Shown piece after piece: positions 1 through 13,872 of a DNA stretch of 64,000 bases; positions within the stretch are counted from its first letter, which is position 1, and the number at the start of each line of letters is the position of its first letter. Origin of the DNA: Lingula anatina (Eukaryota > Animalia > Brachiopoda); assembly GCA_051362555.1 (NCBI GenBank), contig CM120644.1:21226534-21290533 (forward strand). Direction: 5' to 3'. The notes below the pieces were generated by a model, which did not search any database, was not told where the DNA came from, and saw nothing but the letters and a program-made list of their open reading frames with translations. The translations under genes were made by a program, and so were the position numbers.

Positions 1-179
1 TATACCTCCTGATAGAGGAGAACGACCAAGATAAGCCTAATTGCCTCCTTGCATCAATAACCCTGGACGCGACATACGCACTTGGCAACGTTTGTTGCGG
101 GCAGGGCTTTTCCCAGGATTGAGTGTTAGGCGTCAAATTACCATCTGTAACTTCCTAAAAATTTACAGGGAGTTCAAAT

Positions 180-1540
180 AATTGTTCCCGCTGACGATCT
201 TACGCAATTTAAGTTCCTTGAAATAATATGAAAACTGCATTTTATTATTGCTTACTGTTACATCGCGAACGATCTCCCTCTGACGATCTTACGCTAAGTC
301 CTGGCGATATTACGCAAACGATTCTTCGCCGAAGATACATGTATGCCGTAGGCGGGGAAGGGGTTTCAAGATAAAATTTTAATTATATATCATTTTAATT
401 TTTATAATATTCAAAGGGGAAGGGGTATTAAAATAATGATCTCCTGCTGACGATCGTTCGCAAACTTTGTTCCTGCATTTTATTATTGCTTACATCGCGA
501 ACAATCTCCCGACGATGATATGAAAAATGCCTTTACGTCATGCTAGGATCGCGAACGATCTCCCTCTGATATGATCTTACGCGAACAAAGTCCTGGGGAT
601 ATTACGCGAACGATTCTCCGCCGAAGATATACCGTGAGCGGGGGAGGAGGGGCTGATTAAAGAAAAAATGAAAATGATTTTTTTTAAATCCAAAGTGTAT
701 GTGTTTGGGGGAGGGGGGAGTTAAATAATGATCTCCCACTGACGATCTTCCGCGAACGAAGTTCCCTAAATCCCTTGAACTAATATAAAAATTGCATTTC
801 ATTCTTGCTTACATCGCAAACGATCTAACGATGATCATCTTACACGAACGATTCTCCGCCGAAGATATGCCATGAGCGGGGAAGGAGGGGTTTAAGATAA
901 AATGAAAAATATATATTATTTATAAAATTCAAAGGGGAGGGTTAGAATAATGATCTCCCGCTGAATATCTTTTGCAAATTAAGTTCCTTGAGCTACTTTG
1001 AAAATTGCATTTCATTCTTGCTTACATCGCGAACGATCTCCCAATGATGAAATGAAAATTGCCTTTTCGTCTCGCTCGGATCGCGAACGATCTCCCTCTG
1101 ACGATCTTACGTGAAAGATTCTCCGATGGATATATGCCGTGAGCAGGAGAAGGGGGGGGGGGGTTAAAGATAAAATGAAAAATACATGTTATTTATAAAA
1201 TTCAATTCCGATGAATATATGCCGTGAGCGGGAGAAGGGGGGAGGGGGGTTATAATAATGATCTCCTGTTGACGATCTTTCACGAACGAAGTTCCCTTGG
1301 ACTAATATGAAAAATGCAATTTATTTTCGCTTTCACCGCGAACGATCTCCCGGTGAAGATATGAAGATTGCCTGTTCGTCTCTCTGTAATCGCAAACGAT
1401 CTCCCGCTGATGGTCTTACGCGAACGGAGTCCACTTCAAATATAAAATCTGTTGACGATATTACGCGAAATATTCTCCTCTGAAGATATGAAAATTGACA
1501 TCTTGCCTCATTCGCATTGCGAACGATCCCCACGACGAGC
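180..1540. repeat. Degenerate CpG-rich tandem repeat (about 220-310 bp higher-order units built from CGCGAACGATCTCCC / GACGATCTTACGC motifs)
   Basis: The motifs cgcgaacgatctccc, ctgacgatctt, tatgaaaattgcatt and G-runs recur in the same order about 5 times. Confidence 0.8.
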
Positions 1541-1916
1541 CAGGTAATCGTTAAATGGTCCCAAATTGAACATGGGCATGAATAGAAGTGACGGGTACAT
1601 TTCCCTTCGAGATAATATCTTGCTTTTTTCATGTGTCTTCCTCATTTAGGACAGCCGCCGATAACAATAACGTCGTTACGAATGATAAAGCCGCGACCTG
1701 TGACTTCTATTTGCCGGCTTGATAACGCACCTTGAGCCAGGTGTAGAAATTAGACAAAAGGCCGACGTTCCCGCAATTAAGAACGGGAATTCACATCTTA
1801 ACCACCTATATTGTGAGTAACCGCTCGTAGGGGCGCACCATTGTTCCTATCTCCCATTGAGAGTGTTATCGGCAATGATATCCTGATCGTATCATTGTCT
1901 TGAATCAACTGACGCA

Positions 1917-2331
1917 TTACCTTCATGTTTGAGCTGGACAACGACGAACTTTTCAAAAATTATCAAGTACCTCATTTTCAAGGTCGACGAAGTTTTCAAA
2001 GGGAAAAAAATTACCTCGGCGGAAAATCGTCTGCCGACGAAGTTTTCAAGAACGACGAAATTTTCAAGACTTTACCGTATGTTTTCACCTCTGTTTGTTT
2101 GTCTGTCTTTCTGTCTGTCATCAACATAACTCAATAAGTTATGGACTGATTTTGATGAAATTTTCAAGAACTCTCAAAGTGGGCCAAGGAACAGATGATT
2201 AGTTTTTGGTGGTGATCCAGATCAATAATCAATCAATAATCAAAAATATCGAAAATTTAGGGGTGAAACGGCATTGAATGGAGACTTTGCTGCCTTGGCA
2301 GAGGTCTGCGCTCTTGGAGTGCTTTTCTAGT
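1917..2331 (+). mobile_element. Short non-autonomous Helentron-associated (HINE/DINE-like) element
   Basis: 5' ttacctcggcgg plus hairpin, internal gacgaagttttcaa repeats, (GTCT)n-like microsatellite at about 2095, 3' subterminal ccttggcagaggt followed by a short stem and ctagtt. This matches the known HINE layout. Confidence 0.6.
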
Positions 2332-3061
2332 TATTTGTGCATTAATTTTTTGATATGTACAGATACAGGTGTCACTACAATCACATAGTTGTCACCTGTG
2401 TCTTTTGTCACCATTCACTTTCGGTGATAACACCATTGGTGGAAAAACACTTTATCTTTTGTCTTCAAATTTTTGAACTCTCATGTTCCTGAGGTCTATG
2501 CTAGTTACATATCCTTAATATATGTATTACTTGTTGTGCTAATTTAAAATTTGGTGTTTATTTTGCCTTTAGGCCTAATTTATTATTGCATCTAAGGTTG
2601 TGTATCATTTAATGTTACATCTGGTCAACACCAATATATATAATATATACCTCAGAGACATGGACAATAATAAAACCAACAGTGAAAAAACTGGGTACGG
2701 ATATAGGATGATACCATGGACTGAACAAAACAGTAATGAGTAAGTACTAAATAATCTAAAAATGAAAAAATAATTGCTGAATACCATCAAGAACACAAAA
2801 TTACCTCATTTTGAAAGTATCATAAGAAAAATAATCTGCAACTGTTGTTGTTAAAACCTGCTTTTTCAGTAGGAATTAGCCATCCACAGACAGGTAGAGT
2901 ATGGAAAGGGTACTCTGGAAAAAGAACAATATAACTGAGAAAAACTGAAAATAACACTGAAATCACTGGCAAAGTCCATATTTAAACATTAGTTAAACAT
3001 TAATAATTTTGTCAAATCTTGTCCAATTTTTCTGAAATCTGTTCAAATGATGCTTAACAAC

Positions 3062-6000
3062 AACAAGGCAGCAAAGCTGTCAAATGTACAGACAAAAAAC
3101 AGGAAATAACTATGCACAAAATAGGCTACTGTTAATTCTGATGCAAAAGTTCATTATGTTAAACTGCAAATTCAACATCAAATTTTAATTATGCTCAACA
3201 GGTAATACCAATGTAAGTAAAATGTGTAACAAGCATCAGGCTTCAGGCCCATGGAAGTTCAAGTTCACACTTTGAAAATGTATAACTTCCAGAAAAAGAA
3301 GCCAATTAGACTGCTTTTCCAACTCAGGCTGCATTTTAGTCCTGTATTTCTTTTTTGAAAGTTTGGCAATTATAAGTAACATGGTTTTCCCATAATGGTC
3401 ATCATGGCAGCAGCACCCAAAATTGTGTTTTCTTCTATTCTGATGCAATATTACATAATGGTTAACAGCCTAATGACCGTCAATTTTCAATAATAAAATA
3501 TACGTATCATGGATTTTCAGAAAATGTGAATAGCATGGGTCTTCAAGCCTGTGGAACTTCAAAGTCACACCTTGAAAATGCCAATATGTGAAAAATTAAA
3601 TTTTCACAAAAAAACTGTTTAACTGGCAGTAAGAATTACCAAACAGCCAAAAAGTAAAACTGCCTTCCACTTATCGTGTTTATAATGAAAGTGCACAGCG
3701 CCGGCGCCGGCGACAGCAACGACAGACGTAGGTGATGGTAATATGTACAGACACATCTGTATACATATTTACTGTACTGTTTGAGAACAGTAAGTGACAT
3801 GGTTTTTCTTAGATGGTCATCATGGGAGCAGTGCCCAAAATAGTTTTTTTTTCAAATTTTGATGCAATATTACATAATGTTTAACAGCATAATGACCATC
3901 AATTTTTAATAATAAAATATTAGTATCATGGATATTCAGAAACTGTGACTAGCAAAGGTCTTCAGGCCCATGGAACTTCAAAGTCACAACTTGAAAATGC
4001 CAAAATGTAAACAAGACAGCACTGTTCTGAAATTTTTTTTTCCATTTTTAACAATTTTTAACATAAAACAAAATTAACAGTTTACTGCCATTTTTATATG
4101 ATCAACTAAGAAAATTGATGAGATGGGAAAAATATCAATAGAGCAGTGTTAAATGTCCAATTTCTTCCATTCTGAAATTCTGAACATAGTGAATGATTGA
4201 ATCTGACAAACTGCAATGATATGAGTTTATTTCCATTTTTGAAACTTAATTACACAATACACGATAACAAGTTTACCATCTTTTTTACATAATCAACTAA
4301 CAATGTTGTAAAGATGCAGGAAATGTCAAACAAACACTTTTATGTAACTTATTAATAAAATAATGAAACTGTTAACATGTCTAAGAATTGAATCTGAGGA
4401 AATGTGAAAAAACAGCATAACTTCTAAAATAATGGCCCGATTATGCTGATTTTTTAACTCAACCTGCGTTTTAGCAGGATTGACCACTCCTGTGAGTTTA
4501 ATGACAATTGGCCAGTCTGTTTTTCTTATATTGTTTTTACAGTGTTGCATATATGCTGAAAAGTGAAAAAAAAGCATACGGTAATGTGCCAAGCATTTCG
4601 ACGGGCCCAGTCAATCCGACCACAAAAATTATTTTATAAAATTAATTTTTCTGAGCTCAAACAATTAGTCCATACGTCAAAATCATGGGACAGAATTTTT
4701 TTCTTGTTCCGATTGTTCGACCACATCGTCGACAAGACTCGGTAAATTTTCAAGCCAGTGAAATAGATGCTGCATGCCTCGGCCCTTTGTCAATTGTTGT
4801 CCTTTCAATAGCTCTCGTCAATGAGGAAGAAACAATTAATTGAAGATCTAATCTGGAAGCATGACGTACCTGTCTTTTCCTTTGTCCCCGATGACAATAA
4901 TAGTGCTTATAGACATACAAATTTTGCTATTAAGCAGACTTGCCCTCGCTGACTGATTCATCACGCCCGTAACTGGGGAGGGGGGGTGTTAAAAAAAGGT
5001 CTATTCTGGATGAAACCAAATATCGACAGCGGGTAGAAAACGTCGTAAACACCTTCATATAGACCATATATCGCGTTTGCTAGCAATAAAAAGTTTGGAA
5101 AGAATAAGCAATTTATTTTCAAGTTTGATTGAAATATATATGCAGATGGGGAAACGTTCTTGAAGTCAACACCGCAAGATCTTACATTTACTACAATCGA
5201 CCGGAAGATCAGCGGGATCGACTGCCCAGACTTCTTGGCGCCAAATACCACGCGCTGTCAAAATCTGACGAACACGTGTCGCTGTTCACCTACATGGATA
5301 ACTGACTTGTCAACAATAAAAATGACGTCTTCCTTAACTCCAATGGGAGCTTCATAGAGAGTTCCACTGGGTATTTACGTTACCTGTGAGTCACTTTCTA
5401 TTTCCCCAGATGCATGAAATGTTGATAATATTTAGCGTAATCCACGACGAACTCCTTTCCTGTGACCCCCTCCCCCAAAATGGGACCATCTTCATTAACT
5501 TGTGGTTTGCGCTATGCTGGAGCAGACCAGATAAAACCAGTCTCTCATTTCTGCATGTGCTCAATTCTGACGTCAAATTATAAATGCACCTGTTTTGTGA
5601 AAATTATGGCAAGTAAATGCTTTTTTTACGTTCGGGTTGTATCAGTGGGGTTTTCAATATGCACCGTGGTTTGTGCACAGCGAGAGTATATAAGTAAGAA
5701 AATCGGAAGAATGCCAGCAAAATACTGTATGTCTATCGTCACAGGTACATGTATGCTCCGTAATTTGCCTTTTCTCAATATGTTTTTATATGACATGCTT
5801 TTTAAATAAAATACTTCATAGTAATTTGAAGTTACACTGATTTCCGTTTGAGTACCAGTTGGTATTCTTTGATACGGGTGATTGAATTTTCTTCGGAAGT
5901 ACGTACGTCTACGCTTCGACGCTGAGCAAGCCTTGCGGGTTGAAAACAACTGATCTCAGACTGGTAAAAAATTTCAATTCGGTTGATTTCAGTTGTCATA

Positions 6001-6853
6001 TTAAAATTCAAATAGGGCGTACATAGATCACATAACTAGTTTAAGTCCACTAAAGCTACCGGTTTCAAATATAAGTGACCGGCCTTTGTTTACAACACCT
6101 GTCTCCGGGGAAATACTCGTCCCACTTGTGAAGCGCATCATGAAAGTGATCGTAGGTGAGGGAAATATATAATTAAAAATTATAATTGTCGTCTTTTTTA
6201 ATGTTAAGTAATGTTAGCACATATAGTACACTGCAAAATAAGATTTCAGGAGGATAAAACATGCCTGAAACACATGTTAGGCGAAAATTGCGGCTTATCT
6301 TGCGTAACACTTCCGGTAAAATGCAATACTTCCGGAAAGATGGACGTTTTAGCAGATGCCCCTAACAATCCGACGATATCAAAGGTTTCCATTTGCTGTA
6401 TTTTAATCAATTCGACCAAACTGACATTTCCATGAAATTAATTAATTAATCTTGGTCGAATTGTTTGGCATATTACCGTAACTACTTAAATAGTGGCCCG
6501 ATCACGCTGATTTTCGAACTTGACCTGCACTTTAGTAAGATCGATTACTCCTGTGAGTTTCATGACAACAGGCCTATCGGTTTTCCTTGAAATGTGTTTA
6601 CAGTGTTGCATATATGCTGAAAAGTGAAAAAAACAGCATAATTTCTACAATAATGGCCCGATCTTGCTGATTTTCGAACTTGACCTGCGTTTTATGAATA
6701 TTCATCAGCTCTGTAAATATAAAGCCAAAAAGTAAAACTGCCCTCCACTTATCGTGTTTACAAGGAAAGTGCACGGCGCCGGCAACGGCAACGACGGCGA
6801 CGACAGACGCAGGTGATGGCAATATGTACAGACACATCTGTGTCTGTACATAA
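3062..6853 (-). mobile_element. HINE/Helentron-like non-autonomous element (rearranged copy, interrupted by a MITE)
   Basis: Reverse complement of 41624-43406. Its 3' end is aacaaggcagcaaagctgtcaaatgtacagaca at 3062 and its 5' end is tgtacagacacatctgtgtctgtaca near 6825-6850. It is inserted into a satellite unit. Confidence 0.8.
4579..6478. mobile_element. Tc1/mariner(pogo)-type non-autonomous element, TA TSD
   Basis: TIRs cggtaatgtgccaagcatttcgac / gtcgaattgtttggcatattaccg flanked by TA (4577-78, 6479-80). The empty site is visible in the uninterrupted host copy near 41995. Confidence 0.85.
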
Positions 6854-9074
6854 TAAAAATCTGTGAGAAGCTGATCAGTTGACTGTATCTAATGGAAAGT
6901 GTTTTTTAGGACAATATATTTGGGAAAACTAAAAATTACATTGAAAAGACTGGGAAATTGCAGGACTTAAAAAAGTTAAACGTTAATAATTTTGTCAAAT
7001 CTAGTCCAATATTTCTGAAATTTGTACAAATGAAGCTTAACAACAATAAAAATCTGTGATAAGCTGATTAATTGACTGTGACTAATGAAAAGTATTGTCT
7101 TCGGATGATATATTTGAGAAAACTGAATGTTACACTGAAAATTAACACTGCAAAATTCAATAACTTAAAATAGTTAAACGTTAATAATTTTGTCAAATCC
7201 GGTCCAATATTTCTGAAATTTGTACAAATGATGCTTAACAACAATGAAAATAGGTGATAAGCTGATCAGTTGACTGTATCTAATGAAAAGTGTTTTTTAG
7301 GACAATATATTTGGGAAAACTAAAAATTACATTGATAAGACTGGGAAATCGCAGGACTTAAAATAGTTAAACGCTAATAATTTTGTCAAAAATGTTCCAA
7401 TATTTCTGAATTTTGTACAAATGATGCTTAACAACAATAAAAATCAGTGATAAGCTGATCAGTTGACTGTGACTAATGAAAAGTGTTTTTTAGGACAATA
7501 TATTTGGGAAAACTAAAAATTACATTGAAAAGACTGGCAAATTCAATGACTTAAAATAGTTAAACGTAAATAATTTTGTCAAATCTTGTCCAATATTTTT
7601 GAAATTTGTACAAATGATGCTTAACAACAATAGAAATCTGTGATAAGCTGATCAGTTGTCTGTGTCTTTTTTTGAGTGTCAAGTTAATGGAATTGATCAT
7701 CAGAAGAGTGAGAATTAATCAAAACAAATATTTCAATATTGCAATGTATTATTTACTCTGAAAGAAAACAGCAAATGTGATGATTTGAGGTTGTTTGTGT
7801 AAGAAGTTGCAAATTACCTTTAACTGTCATCTGGAAAACAATATATACCCATACAAGACTTCTCCTTACTACCAATGCCAGATGCAGATTACTCCTTACA
7901 ATGGGTTTCTGGAAGGGGTTGTTGTTATCACAATATCTGACAATGTCCTAAATCTTGCCAAATATCATGTATTGTACACATGTATAAGACATAGTGCTGC
8001 TTTTGGTGCTGTCTTTCACTGCCTGCTTTTTCATGGTAAGGGCACTCTGGAAAAAGAACAATATAACTGAAAGAACTGAAAATTACATTGAAAAGACTGG
8101 CAAATTCAATGACTTAAAATAGTTAAACGTAAATAATTTTGTCAAATCTTGTCCAATATTTTTGAAATTTGTACAAATGATGCTTAACAACAATAGAAAT
8201 CTGTGATAAGCTAATCAGTTGTCTGTGTCTTTTTGTAATGGTAAAGTTAATGGGAAATTGATCATCAGAAGAGTGGGAATTAACCAAAACAAATATTTCA
8301 GTATTGCAATGTATTATTTACTCTGAAAGAAAACAGCAAATGTGATGATTTGAGGTTGTTTGTGTAAGAAGTTGCAAAATTACCTATAAATGTCATCTGG
8401 AAAAAAATATATACCCAAACAAGACTTCTCCTTACTACCAATGCCAGATGCAGATTACTCCTTACAATGGGTTTCCGGAAGGGGTTGTTGTTATCACAAT
8501 ATCTGACAATGTCCTAAATCTTGCCAAATATCATGTATTGTACACATGGATAAGACATAGTGCTGCTCTTGGTGCTGTCTTTCACTGCCTGCTTTTTCAT
8601 GGTAAGGGTACTCTGGAAAAAGAACAATATAACTGAAAGAACTGAAAATTACATTGAAAAGACTGGCAAATTCAATGACTTAAAATAGTTAAATGTTAAT
8701 AATTTTGTCAAATCTGGTCTAATATTTCTGAAATTTGTACATATGATGCTTAACAACAATAAAAATATGTGATAAGCTGATCAATTGACTGTCTGTAATG
8801 AAAAGTATTGTCTTTGGATGATATATTGAGAAAACTGACTGTTACACTGAAAATTAACACTGCAAAATTCAATGACTTAAAATAGTTAAACGTTAATAAT
8901 TTTGTCAAATCTAGTCCAATATTTCTGAAATTTGTGCAAACGAAGCTTAACAACAATAAAAATCTGTCCGTGTCTTTATTTAAGTGTCAAGTTTATTAGA
9001 AATTGATCATCAGAAGAGTGAGAATTAATGAAAACAAATTTTTTCAATATTGCAAGGTATTATTTTCTCTCAAA

Positions 9075-9125
<51 letters not shown>

Positions 9126-9260
9126 CAAATGTGATTTGGGTTTGTTTGTGTAGGAGGTTGCAAATTACCTATAACTGTCATCTGGAAAATAATATATGCC
9201 CATAGAACACTTTTCCTTACTACCAATGTCAGATGCAGATTATGGGTTTCTGGGTTAAAT
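6854..9260. repeat. Satellite of about 190-200 bp units with a ~565 bp higher-order duplication
   Basis: aacaacaataaaaatctgtgataagctgat recurs at about 7039, 7238, 7430 and 7623. Block 7521-8083 is repeated at 8084-8649. A related unit lies at 2905-3061. Confidence 0.9.
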
Positions 9261-10118
9261 GGACAACGTTAAAGAATGAACCAATCAAAAATATAGAAAA
9301 AGCATATACCAATGACACAAGATCGAGAGGCATGGTAATCCATAACAGCCAACCTGCTGAGAGTGGGTGGCATCCTATGTTGATTATTGTATCCGAATTG
9401 ATAAACTGTATCATTATTTTATGCTCTTTGTATTTACATCTGACTGCTTCGCTGCCTTCTTTGAAAATGCACATATTTATTTTTGGTTTCCTTGAATTTT
9501 GCAATCCTTGAGAGTCATTTTCCTCCTCTGTGTCAGACAAGCAATAATAGTCCTCTCTCTCTATATATATATATATATAATGGAGAATAAAGTTGATACA
9601 CTATGGAAAAGTGCTCTACCCATGGTGACGGACCATGGGGAGCTACATGTAGTAAAGAAAGACAAGGACCTGAACAAATTAGTCTGTTCTCTCCATTTTA
9701 ATTTAAAAAGTCCCTTCAGCTGTTTCGGCCCGGAGGCCTCGTCAGGGGCACCAACAGATCAAAATACAAAATTGTTGAAAGGCTGTAATTAAGCAGCATT
9801 ACAGATTCAAAAATTCACTAAAATATGTAAAGATCCAGAGAACAATGTGATCTACGGGAGAAAATTTAATAAATGAAATTCATGTTGTTATCTAACCATC
9901 TTGAAAATTATTCTGGAGTCACCATGTTCCATTGTGACAGTATAGTCCTGTGCCTCCTAGTACAGTGAAGTAGTCTGGAGTCATTGTGTTCCATTGATAT
10001 CCCCTAACCTTAATTAATAGTCAATCTTGACTAAGGTATCCAAATTTAATTTCTCAATAAGCATGTAACATGATACATACTTTCAACTCAGGACCAAAAA
10101 AAAAAAAAAAAAAAAAAC

Positions 10119-12918
10119 ATCAGTCTGAATCCGAGGATGATGATACAATTGTCTCTTGCAAAGCCTGGACTCTTTCCTTTTCTGAAAAGAACACAATGAA
10201 GTGATTACAAGTAGAAAGTTATTGTCCATCATATCCCTATTAAACTGAAGTGTTTACATGTAAATTCAACATAAGTAAAAGGATTGGCATGGAGATCAAC
10301 ATCATGAGAATAAGAATAAACTGATCTATTTAAGAAACCAACTGATACATGTAGTGCAAACATGGAAAAGAATCTTATTTTTGTATTAAAACAGTAATTT
10401 CAATTTTTTAATATGTGTAAAAAGAGACAAAAGTAAATAAATATGATCAAATACAAGGATGTAATACATAACAATCTTCTTCAACAATCTTCGCTGCCTT
10501 CCTCCCTCCCTGTCACTGGCATTTTTCAACCATGTCTTCATGATTCTTTCTGCGTCACTTTCCTTGATACCATTTTTTTTGGCAGCATCTGTTAAAGTTA
10601 AAACATGTTTAAATAAATTTCAGTGTTATTACAATCAAATTAAGGCATGAGAGGTGATAGAGTGGGAAAATATTACATCATGAAAAATTATTTTGACTCA
10701 CCAGCAGTCACATACTTACCATGCACGACTCTGGCAATTCTGCTTTTGCACAGACCATGTTTTTCTTTGCTGCCATCCCCTCTTGCACGGCCCTTCCAGT
10801 TGAATAAAGTTGCCATAGGAGATGTCATAAGCGCTTCCATCATCCTATAAGATAAGATAAGATAAGAGTTTATTTAGCCAATTATAAAAATATACAGAGT
10901 AAAATAATAAAATAATACAATAAATAAATAAATAAAGAATTTAGTTTTCAGATCAAATTAAAATGCGTCACTGCACTTGGATAAAAGCTGTTTAAAAAGC
11001 GTTTACTGCCTTTAAAAGTCTACTATTGCTTGGTAAAAACGTAAAAAGAGATGATGCAGGATGGAAAGAGTCTTTCATGGTGTTGACAATTATTTCCTCC
11101 ATCTTGTCTTTAAAAATATCATCCAGCTTGGGAGATCCTGCTCGATAATCCTGCTTCCAGTTTTTACAACGTTTGTTGATTTCTTCCTTTCCTCCCCCAG
11201 CTGTTCCGCTATACCATATTATAATTCCATATGCTAGAATGCTTTCAATTACACACCTGTAAAAATTGACTAAAATAGGCACGCTTTCAGTAAAAGTTCT
11301 CAATGATCTTAAAAAATACAGTCTTTGCTGTGCCTTCTTTACACTCTTTGCGGTGTTATCTTTCCAATTCAATTTACTGTTAAGGTGTATACCAAGTAGT
11401 TTAAATTCCTCTACCCTACTAACTTCAACATTACCAATGGTGAGTGGTACCTTTACATTCTGATTCCTTCTAAAAACCACTATTATTTCTTTGGTTTTAG
11501 CTACGTTCAAGATAAGATCATTACTCTCGCACCAGCTTAACACCGACTCAATAGATTCTCTATATGTACTCTCGTCATTATCAGTAACTAGCCCCACAAG
11601 CGTAGTATCATCCGCAAATTAAATTTCATGAGAAAAGTCCCGTCGCTTACACTAGTACAATCATAGGTAAAAAGGGAGTAAAGACAAGGTGAAAGGACGC
11701 ATCCCTGTGGTGCACCGGTATTTAAGACTGTTATTTTTGAGCTAAAAGAGCCGACTTTAACAGATTGTCTTCTGTCTAAAAGAAAGTCTAAAATCCAGTC
11801 ACAAATAAAAACAGGTAGCTTAAGATGGTTTAAAAGTTTCAAATATAGTTTTTTTGGCACAGTTGTGTTAAAAGCTGAACTGTAGTCAATAAATAAAATC
11901 CTTGCATAAGAGTTTTTGTTATCTAATTGTTGTAGTACAGTCTGTAGGCACATCTTCAACATTTCTGTTAGATCAATAAGCGAATTGCAGTGGGTCCAAG
12001 GTTTTCGGCACAATATTTCTTTAATAAAATTTAAAACTAATTTTTCTAAAATTTTCATGGGCACCGGAGTCAGAGCCACGGGTCTAAGATCGTTTAAGCT
12101 GGTAACTCGGTTGGATTTTGGTACCGGGATGATAGATGTCGTCTTCCAGAGCAATGGTTCTTTGCGGATTTGTAGAGACCAATTGTAGATGACGGTAAAG
12201 ACGTACGCAAGTTGGGCAGCACAGAGCTTGAGAACACAAGGTGAAATTCCATCTGGCCCAGACGCCTTACGAACATTGAGATGCATAAATTGCCGTTTTA
12301 CTTGCCAGGGGTGAATGGTGAGCGGAACTGCTTCAGTATTGTCAGCTTGGGAAGTCAGAGGTAAAACCGTTGTAGAAGAACTATTGTCTTTATCAAAGCG
12401 TGCATAAAAGTCATTCAGTTTGTCCGGTAGTGACGCATCTCCTTTGTCAGCAGAGTGTTTTGAGCCCTTGTAGTAAGTAATGAAGGAGATATTTGACCAC
12501 AGTTCCCTAGAGTTCTTAGTGTTAAAGCTTTCCTCTATTTTGCTTTTCATGCATTTCTTAGCTTCTTTGATCGCCTTCTTCAGTTGGAGTTTAGCTCTGC
12601 GATAGGTCTCTGGGTCGTTCTGTTTTCTGCAGAATGCCAGGTCTTTCTTCTTTATTAGTTGGCGTACGTTCTTATTCATTCATCTCTTGTCATTGGGATA
12701 TCGGGTCACTGTCTTAGTTGGTATACAAATCTCCTTGCAGAAACGTATGTACTCCGTCACAGTCAAGGTGTTATCCTCTATGTTGTTGTCACATTTCAAC
12801 ACAGACCAATCCGTACACTCAAAACAGCCCTACAATTTATCTATTTATAAATGGTGTATATCTTTTTATAAATGGTGTTTTCCTGCCCTGTTCCTCCAAG
12901 AGTTGTCAGGTGACAGAC
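10119..12918 (-). pseudogene. Spliced DUF4806-like accessory gene of an EnSpm/CACTA-type transposon, exon split by a LINE
   Basis: Joining 12918-12867 to 10846-10720, then 10588-~10470 via a GT-AG intron in matching phase, gives VCHLTTLGGTGQENTIYRMMEALMTSPMATLFNWKGR...KTWLKNASDREGGRQRR. This has the LGG..RxM..FNWxG..WL.NA.DR.GGR pattern of DUF4806. Probable last exon 10182-10119 (donor of the preceding exon looks degenerate). Confidence 0.7.
10851..12866 (-). mobile_element. 5'-truncated Rex1/Babar-like non-LTR retrotransposon (RT plus DUF1891-like C-terminus), frameshifted
   Basis: ORFs 11588-12679 and 10992-11597 carry LNDLRPVALT, LFIDYSSAFNT, GAPQGCVLSP, broken (F)ADD and KAQQRLYFLR motifs. 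AATAAA plus a (TTATC)n tail at the 3' end. Approximate TATAA target duplication. Confidence 0.85.
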
Positions 12919-13113
12919 CTACAACAAATGACATTCAGACAGTCTAATGCAATTTAATGGAAAGAATTAAATTACCCCTTAACAGCACTCTTCCTTATTT
13001 AGTTATACTACTTTCGTCTGTACCACAGGTTAAAAATCTCCTACTGAAATAATCAAAATTACATTTATAAAATAACCATTGATTAATACTAAAAACAAAA
13101 TTAGTTATTATAA

Positions 13114-13872
13114 TTAAAGGAAGTTGAAAAAAAAAAACAAAAAAAACAAAAAATGTTTTACAAAATGTTTGTGAAGATTTAATTTTTTTTTCACATGTTC
13201 CCTTTCTGCAAGACGGCGTATCACTTGTTGGAGTGGCAATTTTGGTTTGCGAACAAGTCTCTTAATAGTCTGAAGATAGTTTTCAAATGGGAAACTTGAA
13301 AAATTGTGTAAAATTCCATACATTTGAGCATGTGAAGCCAAATGTGTGAGTGAATGAACATTATAAATTATCTGTTCTGCACCATATGCCTCACTCATGT
13401 GCTCCACGAAAAGGGAGAGTATTTGACCAGCAAAATTACAGTAATCTCCACACAGTGTCTCACTACACAAAATGGTGATTGCTACTAAAAGCATAATAAA
13501 ATGTTTATACAATGCATTTGGCAGTTTTCCTCTTAGAACAACAGGACCAGTATACATAAGAAAGGTTCGGAACTCCGTAGCCTTCCATCTTTCAATTTCT
13601 GATAAAGCCCGTCCTTTACATAGAAATTCTCTGGGAAGAAAGTCTCTCATATTGTTTATACCATCTGAGATACACCTAATCATGTTACCCCCCAGTCTCA
13701 CATGTAGTGGTCCATTCATCCACAGTGTCAACAACTTCTTCATAATCCCTAAACAGGTGCATGTAATCTAGTGGAAATTGGCTGATCATGCCAATCCTCA
13801 AGGAAAGTAAATTTGACTCACCACGTTGGTGTTCATCATACATCATCCCATTAAATGCAACATCAGTTCGAG
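13114..13872 (-). pseudogene. EnSpm/CACTA-type transposase, C-terminal part (frameshifted, truncated)
   Basis: FPLDYMHL, LPREF..K.R.L.EIERWKATEFRTFLMYTGPVVL, YNVHSLTHL and FSSFPFENYL motifs typical of animal EnSpm transposases. Confidence 0.85.

Noticed and set aside
9077-9124. Poly(A) tract as a retrocopy tail
   Set aside because: It sits at a short A-rich spot of the satellite unit with no upstream retroposed body. More likely slippage or a homopolymer sequencing error.
9599-9612. CACTATGGAAAA as the EnSpm terminal inverted repeat
   Set aside because: No matching inverted partner was found on the other side of the transposase.
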